64,000 nt of DNA from the NCBI GenBank assembly GCA_036769985.1, contig DAIPKA010000033.1, positions 8,900 to 72,899 of the forward strand. The letters run 5' to 3'. The stretch comes from Candidatus Hydrogenedentota bacterium. Its GTDB lineage: Bacteria > Hydrogenedentota > Hydrogenedentia > Hydrogenedentales > SLHB01. Numbering within the stretch: the first letter of the stretch is position 1; each line of letters opens with the position of its first letter. Shown here piece after piece: positions 18,259 through 26,097 of this stretch. The translations under genes and the position numbers were made by a program. The notes beneath the pieces are model-generated. The model did no database searches and was not told the origin of the DNA. It saw only the letters and a list, made by a program, of their open reading frames with translations.

Positions 18259-21200
18259 CTACAGGTAGCCGAGCGCCTCGAGTTGCTTGCGCGTGTCGCC
18301 CGCCGCGTCCTTGCCGAGCGCCGGCTCGGCGGCATTCTCGCGAATGTGCAGGCCCATGTCGTTGAGGAGACGATCCAACTCCTCCTCATCGTTCTTGCGC
18401 GGATTCTCTCCGCCGGCGATGTTGGTTTGCTCGCCGGGATCGGTCGCAAGATCATAGAACGCGACGGGGGCGAATCCACGCGGATTATCCTCGTTGGCGT
18501 GGACGATCTTGGCGCTCGTCGTGCGGACGGCCTGCAGATCGTTGCCCTCGAAATCCACCTCGGCGTAGACATATGCCGTATCGGCGTTGACGTCGTTACC
18601 GGAACGATCGACGAGGGGTTTACCGGGCATGGCGGCAGGCTTTTCGAGGCCGGCGTATTCAAGGAAGGTTGCCGGGATATCGATGTGCCGCGCAAAGTGC
18701 GCATTGGTCTCGCCGGCGCGGCCATTGGCCGGTAGCTTGACGATCAGTGGCACATGCATGAGCTCGTCGAATAGGGTCTGACCGTGCCACCACCCCTGGT
18801 GATCGTAGAACTCCTCGCCGTGGTCGGCCGTGAATACAATCAACGCGTCATCGTAGAGACCGCGATCGCGCAACCCCTGGAACAACTCGCCGAGATACTT
18901 GTCCATGTACTCGATGTCGTCGTTGTAAGCCTTCTTCATGGGCTCGGCCATCTTCGGGTCGGGATCGCCCATACGCGCGCGGGCGTAGCCGACGCCAGGT
19001 TTGTCGTGGTCCATGAAGGGATCGTGCGGATCCATGTAGTGCAGGAAGAGATAGAACGGCGTGCCTTCCGGTACCGCGCCGGCATCGAGCCATGCCAACG
19101 CGTCGTGGGTGACGACGTCCGCCGGCTGATAGAACTCGGTTACGTCGAGCTTGTTCGAGATCTTCGATGCAACCTTCTGTTTGCCGTGCCGAAGCACCTC
19201 GTAGAGCGAGAGTTTCGAGGCCGAGGGCGTTGCGCCGAAATAGTAGACGCTCGGCTTGAGGTCGGTGTAGTCGACGAATCCCTGGTCGAAGCTCCAAATG
19301 CTCATGATGTTCGGATTGTTCGACAGGCCCTTCGTGTAATAGCCGCCGTCGCGGAGCACCTCGGCTACGGTCTCTACCTCATCCGGCAGCGACGAGGTCT
19401 TCGTGGTGGCGGTATGCGATTCGGGATACAGTCCTGTGAAGAGGGTGGCGAAACTGGGCTTGGTCCACGTTGACTGGGCGAAGCAATCCGCGAAGAAGAG
19501 GCCGTCCTTCTTGAGCGCATCAAGGTTGGGCGTTTCGGCGGCGGCGGCGTCCGAATACATTCTCAAGTAGTCCGCCCGGAGCGCATCCGCCGCCACCAGG
19601 ATGATGTTCGGGCCGTGGACGCCGGCGGTTGGCTCGAACGGCGCCGCGGCTACCGGCGCCGGTTTCATGGCCGCACTGAGTCCGACACCGACGACGACGA
19701 GCACTCCGTACGCCACGGCGCCGGCCACGAGGCCTTTCATACGCCCGCCGCCCACGATCCAGAGGATGACGCCGACAACCAGGGCTGCCGCCAGTCCGAT
19801 GCCGAGGGCCGCGACCAGGATCTGGCCATTCTGGCTCATGGTAGGCGCGTGGCCCTCGAGCACGTCTCGTTGGAACCGGAACCGGCCTATCACGAGTACG
19901 CCTGCCGCCAACACACCGCCCAGGCTAAGCGCAAAGGTGGTGCGGCCGCTGGCGAACCGGTCCACGAGCAGGTAGAAGAATGCCAGCGCGCCGGCCACGC
20001 CGAGTCCGACCAAGGCGAACATGACCCCATAGGCCAGCGGCCCCCACCAGAACAGGCCGAGCTCCTGAAGGCCCTGTACGGTGCGGACCACCCAGCCGGC
20101 CTCGGCCAGGGCGATCACGGCGCCGCCGAGCGCGCCACCGAACAGGCCGGCCAGCACACAGCCGATCAGGCTACACCGGTACCTCTGCACGGCTTCCGGC
20201 GCCAGATGCAGGTATTCCTCAGTCTTGGCGGCGGCCGCTTCGCGGCGCGCCTGAGCCAGTTCCGCTTGGAGTTCCATCTTGCCGGGCCTCTTGCGCGCGA
20301 CATAGATGGGCAATCCGATGAGGAATGGAATGACGTCGCCTATCCACCACCCGAGGTGCGCGAAGGTGGCCGCCGCCGCCGCGCCGCTCTTAGCGCTCAA
20401 CAAGGTGACAAACACGATCTCGCGAATGCCTTCGCCCCCGATGGACGGCCCGAGCACCGTTCCGTAGATCATGAGCGGACTGGCGAACAGGATGTCGAGG
20501 AGATCGGTGTTGGTGGCGCGGATGGCCATCATGGTGCCAAAGTACATGATGCACGTGCCCACATGCACCAGAAAACCGAAGAACACCGCCAGGAGCAGAT
20601 CCCACCGGTTTCCGCTGTACGCCGTCGCGGCCGCGCCCAGCTTGAGAAGCTTATTCCGCACGAAGCCCGGTGTCGGCACCACAGACACGAGCACCTGAAT
20701 CACCCGAGGGTTCAGCAGCAGCATTAGGAACACCGCCACCATGCCGCCGAGAACCGCCAGAATGACGGCCAAGACCGGCACGTTGATGTTCAGCAAACGG
20801 AATCCGAGCGGAAACGTCAGGAAGACGAGGCCCGTCAGCGCGATGAAGCCAATGAGCTTCTCGACAGCGATCACGGTGACGCACTTGATGACCTCGCCGG
20901 TGTACCGCGAGGAATCGTAGAGTCGGTAGCCGTCCAGACCGATGGTTCCCGGCAGGAAGATGCCAATCGTGCGGCCCACGAACCAGCTCTGGACCAAGTA
21001 CCAGAACGGAATACTCAGGCCTTGCCCGTGGAGTAGAAGTCGCCACCGGAGCACTCCGCACAGCATGCCGACTAGCTTCACGACCAGCGCAAAGGTCAGC
21101 CAGAACGCGACCGCATGCGCCTGCGACTCACGAATCTCGCGCATCATGTCGGCCGGGCTGATGTCGCCAAACCGGTCGGAGGGAAGCCCGAACGTCTCCG

Positions 21201-21342
21201 GTCGGAACAACAGCAGGAAAAGACCCGCCGTCACCGCAAGTTTGATCACCCACCCAACCGACTTCTTCACAGACACAGTTTTTCCTCCGGTGCGCCGCCG
21301 CTCTATCGAATAGTCAGCATTTCCCGTTCGGGAGAGTACCAT
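18259..21342 (-). CDS. Fusion: MprF/LPG-synthase-TM (flippase-like) polytopic domain plus extracytoplasmic alkaline-phosphatase-superfamily (sulfatase/phosphodiesterase-like) domain
   Basis: The ORF is open to a TTG at 21384; the first ATG is at 21342. The N-terminal approximately 560 aa are polytopic ([21 protein letters not shown].., many helices). The C-terminal approximately 430 aa carry [48 protein letters not shown] and [9 protein letters not shown]. A Thr occupies the nucleophile position and there is no C/S-x-P-x-R. Confidence 0.7.
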   Translation of the reverse strand: [1027 protein letters not shown]

Positions 21343-21512
21343 AGACTTCTCTGGCCTCACAACCTGGCGAGTGCTCGGTCCCAAAGCGCGCGGACCTCGC
21401 CGTCTCCTCGTCTCGTCCTTTCCGGCAGGCCTTGCATTTGCCTATCGCCGAGGTCACACTGGCGTTCGGAACGCGGTCACGACCATTCAGAACGTCCTGA
21501 CGAGGAGGCACC

Positions 21513-21926
21513 ATGAGATTCGCCACCGAATACCTTTGGTTTGAGACCAAGCGAAAGCGCGAGTACATCAACATGACGGACACCGTCGAGGGTATCGTCG
21601 AGAAGAGCGGTATTCGTGAAGGCATGGTGTTGGTCAGCGCGATGCATATTACCGCGGGCGTCTATGTCAACGACGCGGAGTCCGGCCTGATCCAGGATAT
21701 CGACGAGTGGCTCGAGCGGCTTGCGCCCTTCAAGCCCGATTACCGGCACCACCGAACCGGCGAGACCAACGGCGACGCCCATCTCAAGAATCTGCTTGTC
21801 CATCACGAAGTGGTGGTGCCCATCACGGACGGACGCCTCGACCTCGGTCCGTGGCAGCAGATCTACTACGCCGAGTTTGACGGCCTGCGACGCAAACGCG
21901 TCGTCGTGAAGGCTATGGGCGACTAG
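21513..21926 (+). CDS. yjbQ: YjbQ/UPF0047 family protein (secondary thiamine-phosphate synthase-like)
   Basis: 137 aa with a GAGGAGG SD. Family-typical [39 protein letters not shown] and [14 protein letters not shown]. Confidence 0.85.
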   Translation: MRFATEYLWFETKRKREYINMTDTVEGIVEKSGIREGMVLVSAMHITAGVYVNDAESGLIQDIDEWLERLAPFKPDYRHHRTGETNGDAHLKNLLVHHEVVVPITDGRLDLGPWQQIYYAEFDGLRRKRVVVKAMGD

Positions 21927-21994
21927 CGGCGGCGGCACCGGATTCTGCTATGATAGCCCTCTTCTCGCGTTGAAACCGTTGTGGGATTGACAAC

Positions 21995-23365
21995 ATGAAC
22001 GATTCAGTATCGTCCGTCAACTCGCGAGGGCAGTCGGTCTCGTGGAGTCCGGATTCGTGGCGCGCAAAAGAGGCGTTACAGCAGCCGGAGTACGACGACG
22101 CCGAGGCTGTGGCCGCCGCCCTACACACGTTGCGTAACAGGCCACCGCTCGTGGCGCCCGGCGAAATCGAGCGGCTGCGCCAGGCCCTGGCCGAGGCGGC
22201 CGAGGGTCGCCGTTTCGTGCTTCATGGAGGGGACTGCGCCGAGCGGTTCACCGATTGTACCGGCGCGGCGCTCAAGACGAAGCTTAAGGTTCTGCTCCAG
22301 ATGAGCGTCGTGCTCACGTACGGCACACGAAAACCCATCGTACGCATCGGTCGAATGGCGGGGCAATACGCCAAGCCTCGGAGTCAGGGTTTGGAACACG
22401 TTGGGCATCTTGAGGTGCCGGTTTATCGCGGCGACCTGATCAACGGCATCGAGCCCAACGCCGAGTCGAGAAAGCCCGATCCGCAACGGATGCTGGAGGG
22501 ATACAACCATGCCGCGGCGAGCCTGAACTACATCCGGGCGCTCATCGAGGGCGGATTCGCCGATCTTCACTATCCGCGTCAGTGGGATCTGGCATTCATC
22601 GACAGCAGTCCTCATCGCGAGGCGTATCATCAGGCCGTCGACGCGATTATCGATGCGATTGCCTTCATGGAGAGCATTGGTGCGGCCGGTATGACGCATT
22701 ACCTCCAGCGCGTCGACTTCTACACGTCGCACGAGGCCCTGCTGCTTCCCTACGAGGAGTGCCTGACGCGGGCGCACGATGATGGCCGCGTGTACAACCT
22801 CGGTGCCCATTTCCTTTGGGCCGGTTACCGAACGGCCGCCGTTGACGGCGCGCACATCGAGTATCTGCGCGGGATCCGCAATCCTATCGGCGTGAAAGTC
22901 GGTATCCATACGGGCGGCGAGGACTTGGTGCACCTCTTGCACGCCCTCGATCCGCGCTGCGAGCCGGGGCGCGTTACGCTCATCACCCGTTTCGGGGAGC
23001 GGCACGTCGCGGAACACCTGCCGCGCCTGGTGAGGGCCGTGGCCGGCGGGCGGCATTCCGTCGTGTGGAGCTGCGATCCGATGCACGGAAACACCGAGAC
23101 CGCGCGCGACGGACGCAAGACGAGGCGAATCGACGCGGTGTTCTCGGAACTCGAGCAGACCTTCGACCTGCACGCCGGCATGGGCACCTCGCTCGGCGGT
23201 GTGCATTTCGAACTCACCGGCGATCCGGTGACGGAATGCATTGGCGGATCAGCGGGCGTTGCCGAGAGCGACCTGGATCGGTGCTACGAAACGGCGTGCG
23301 ATCCTCGTCTGAACGGGGCCCAGGCCCTCGAGTTGGCGTTTCTTATTGCGCGGTTGCTGCGGTAG
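21995..23365 (+). CDS. Class II (plant/actinobacterial-type) 3-deoxy-7-phosphoheptulonate (DAHP) synthase
   Basis: 456 aa. WSPDSWRAKEALQQPEYDD N-terminus, GGDCAERF, GRMAGQYAKPRS and HFELTG are typical of the class II DAHPS family. Confidence 0.9.
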   Translation: MNDSVSSVNSRGQSVSWSPDSWRAKEALQQPEYDDAEAVAAALHTLRNRPPLVAPGEIERLRQALAEAAEGRRFVLHGGDCAERFTDCTGAALKTKLKVLLQMSVVLTYGTRKPIVRIGRMAGQYAKPRSQGLEHVGHLEVPVYRGDLINGIEPNAESRKPDPQRMLEGYNHAAASLNYIRALIEGGFADLHYPRQWDLAFIDSSPHREAYHQAVDAIIDAIAFMESIGAAGMTHYLQRVDFYTSHEALLLPYEECLTRAHDDGRVYNLGAHFLWAGYRTAAVDGAHIEYLRGIRNPIGVKVGIHTGGEDLVHLLHALDPRCEPGRVTLITRFGERHVAEHLPRLVRAVAGGRHSVVWSCDPMHGNTETARDGRKTRRIDAVFSELEQTFDLHAGMGTSLGGVHFELTGDPVTECIGGSAGVAESDLDRCYETACDPRLNGAQALELAFLIARLLR

Positions 23366-23393
23366 CCCCCGCGCGTGAAGGAGCGAGGCAGGC

Positions 23394-24455
23394 ATGTACA
23401 CGCAGGTTCAGGCCCGTGCCGTTGCCCGCCACGGCAAGGCCGTGGAGCTTCGGAGCGACACGTTCACGGTGCCGACCCCGGCCATGCGCGAGGCCATGGC
23501 CAATGCGGCCGTCGGCGATGATGTTTATGGCGAAGACCCAACGGTTAGGGCGCTCCAATCGCGCGCGGCCGAACTCATGGGCAAAGAGGCCGCGCTATTC
23601 TTGCCGTCGGGAACCATGGCCAACCTCGTGGCCATCCTGGCGCAGACGCGTCCCGGCGACAGTATCATTCTGAGTCGCGAAGCGCATCCCATCAACTACG
23701 AATCGGGCAATGTGGCCATGGTGGCGGGCGTGTTGCCGAGGCCGGTGATCGCCGAGTATGGGATTCTGAGCGCGGATGACATTGCGCCGTGGATCGTCCC
23801 GCGCGACGCCGACCATCATCTCGCGCCGACGACGTTGGTCTCGATCGAGAACACGTCCAACCGGGGCGGCGGCGCCGTCTATCCCATTGAGACGGCGGCG
23901 GCCATCGGCGATCTCGCCCACCGGCACGGCCTGAGGGTGCACTGCGATGGCGCGCGGATCTTCCACGCGGCCGTGGCGTCGGGCGTGCCGGCGATCGAGT
24001 ACGCCTCGCATACGGACACGATCAGCTTCTGTCTTTCCAAGGGCCTTGGCGCGCCGGTGGGTTCGGTGTTGGCGGGTGATGCGGCGACCCTCGACGTAGC
24101 GCACCGGTTCCGGAAGATGCTGGGGGGCGGCATGCGACAGGCCGGCATCCTTGCTGCGGCGGGTCTGTTTGCCCTCGATCATCACATCGGGCGACTCCGC
24201 GACGACCACCGGCGAGCCCGGCGCTTCCGGGAACTGGTCGAAGGAACGGCCGGCGTCTCGTTTCCCATGCCATCGCCGACGAACATGGTGTATTTCGAGG
24301 TGGCCGATGGGCCGGGCACGGCGGCGCGACTCCGGGAATTGGGGGTGTACGTGGGCGTGACGGCCGGGCGGCTACGGGCCGTGTTTCACCTCGATGTTTC
24401 GGACGAGGATGTGGAAATCGCCGCGGACGCGGTCAGGCAGGTGCTGCAGCCTTAG
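23394..24455 (+). CDS. ltaE: Low-specificity L-threonine aldolase
   Basis: AAGGAG SD. LRSDTFTVPTPAMREAMANAAVGDDVYGEDPTV, SGTMANL, and the PLP-lysine context FCLSKGLGAPVGS. Confidence 0.85.
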   Translation: MYTQVQARAVARHGKAVELRSDTFTVPTPAMREAMANAAVGDDVYGEDPTVRALQSRAAELMGKEAALFLPSGTMANLVAILAQTRPGDSIILSREAHPINYESGNVAMVAGVLPRPVIAEYGILSADDIAPWIVPRDADHHLAPTTLVSIENTSNRGGGAVYPIETAAAIGDLAHRHGLRVHCDGARIFHAAVASGVPAIEYASHTDTISFCLSKGLGAPVGSVLAGDAATLDVAHRFRKMLGGGMRQAGILAAAGLFALDHHIGRLRDDHRRARRFRELVEGTAGVSFPMPSPTNMVYFEVADGPGTAARLRELGVYVGVTAGRLRAVFHLDVSDEDVEIAADAVRQVLQP

Positions 24456-26097
24456 TCGCCGCGGATTCCGCCGGTTCGGCCGCCGGTTCGTCCGGGCACT
24501 CCAACGTCAGTTCGCCGGTGATTTCGCCGTCTTCATGCGCGATCAGGAGCGACACCTCGCGCATTGCGGAGACGCGTTCAGACCAGGGCGCAAGAGCCTC
24601 GTCCAGCGTTGCAGACGTGTAGCCTCGGAGCATACCGCTCTTGGCCCATTCCATGGCCAGGGCACGGACGGCCTCGATGCACGGTCCCGGCTTGATGCGC
24701 ACGTATACGTTGCCGGGCACGTCCAGGCGGGTCTCCGATACACCGCCGGCCAGAACGGCCTCGAGGGCCGTCCGACTGGTGCTCACGAGCAGACCGGTAT
24801 CCCACGGAACGGCCGTAGGCTCGATCGATGGGCCTCCAATCATCGGCAGCCACGCTCGGCCCAGCTCCGCGTCGTAGCGCGGAAACGTATCCCAGGGATA
24901 CAACCCTTCCGGCGTTGTCGGGATTGACGCCAGCGTAGCCGCGATGGCCTCGCGCTCGCCGCCGAATACGCCGACGAACTCTGGAACTGGCACCATTTCA
25001 TTCACGTCAACCCCCCGCCAACACAGGGCGAAACCCGGGCCGAGGGGCGCCACGAGGCCGGCCAGAAAGCGGCGGGCCAAGTCCCCCGTCGTCGGCTCGA
25101 TGTCCTGCGGTGTCCACGCGCCGATGAGATCGTCCAATGACATCTCCGACTCGAAGGCCTCGGCCACCTCCGACCAGAGCGCCTGAACGGAGACACCGAG
25201 GTCGGCCGACAACTCGATGAGCCCCTCGGGCGGGACTTGCAGTGGTCGTGGTGCGCTTGCTGAGAGCACGCCGGAAAAGCGCTCTTGCCATTGGGGCTTC
25301 AGCGCGGCGCGGTAACGCAGGCAGGCTTCGGACGCATCGATGCGCACCGCAAAGCTGAACGAGGCCAACATGGTGCCGGCGCGTCCCCACGCCGACGAGA
25401 CCGGCGTGTCGGGCGGCGGCGTGTCGGGAAAGCGGATGGCGCCGTGCAGGTCTTCGCCGCCGAAGGCTTCAGCGGTTTTCGCAAGCTCCTCACGCGTCAT
25501 GGCCTCATCTTCGGGCAGCGTCAACGCGCGGATCAGGGCGTCGCGCGAAGGACTGGCCGCCAGCACGCGGCCGCGGACGGCATAGTAGACGCCGAGCTTC
25601 TCGACGCGGCGCACGTTGAGACCGCCGGCCTCGTCTTCTTCAATGCCCGGCACGAATCGTCGGAGCTTCTCGGCGAGGCAACCGATTCGCCTCATCTTGG
25701 TCACAAATAGGATGTCGCTGAACTGCTCGGTGTCGTTGCCGGAGATGTGGCACACGGTGCCGATCAGGTTGTTGATGACCCACTCCGGGGCGCCCAAGTC
25801 GCCGCTCAAACGCGCCAACGCTTCGCCACCCCAGGACTCCGGCAGCGCGTCCCACACGTGTGACGTCGCCAGCTTCGCACGCCTGTCGAGCAAGTTGCTT
25901 GCCGAGATCCGGAAGGCCTGCTCCCTGGGAATGATACGACTGACGGCGCACGAGTCGCGACTCGCCCAGACCCCGTAAATCAGGACGGCCAACACCATCA
26001 CGGCGCCATACGCACAACCGCGCCGTCCGCGGCCTCGAGGCACCGCCGACTGAATGGGTCGCCGCGATCGCGGATATGTCCTGAGTGCCTCGCTCAT
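24433..26097 (-). CDS. Hypothetical membrane-anchored protein (unknown function)
   Basis: 554 aa. Basic N-terminus, one TM helix (AYGAVMVLAVLIYGVWA), then a large presumably extracytoplasmic domain with no motif I recognise. Its ATG overlaps the upstream gene's TGA (ATGA at 26094-26097), so it is translationally coupled. Confidence 0.6.
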   Translation of the reverse strand: MSEALRTYPRSRRPIQSAVPRGRGRRGCAYGAVMVLAVLIYGVWASRDSCAVSRIIPREQAFRISASNLLDRRAKLATSHVWDALPESWGGEALARLSGDLGAPEWVINNLIGTVCHISGNDTEQFSDILFVTKMRRIGCLAEKLRRFVPGIEEDEAGGLNVRRVEKLGVYYAVRGRVLAASPSRDALIRALTLPEDEAMTREELAKTAEAFGGEDLHGAIRFPDTPPPDTPVSSAWGRAGTMLASFSFAVRIDASEACLRYRAALKPQWQERFSGVLSASAPRPLQVPPEGLIELSADLGVSVQALWSEVAEAFESEMSLDDLIGAWTPQDIEPTTGDLARRFLAGLVAPLGPGFALCWRGVDVNEMVPVPEFVGVFGGEREAIAATLASIPTTPEGLYPWDTFPRYDAELGRAWLPMIGGPSIEPTAVPWDTGLLVSTSRTALEAVLAGGVSETRLDVPGNVYVRIKPGPCIEAVRALAMEWAKSGMLRGYTSATLDEALAPWSERVSAMREVSLLIAHEDGEITGELTLECPDEPAAEPAESAATKAAAPA

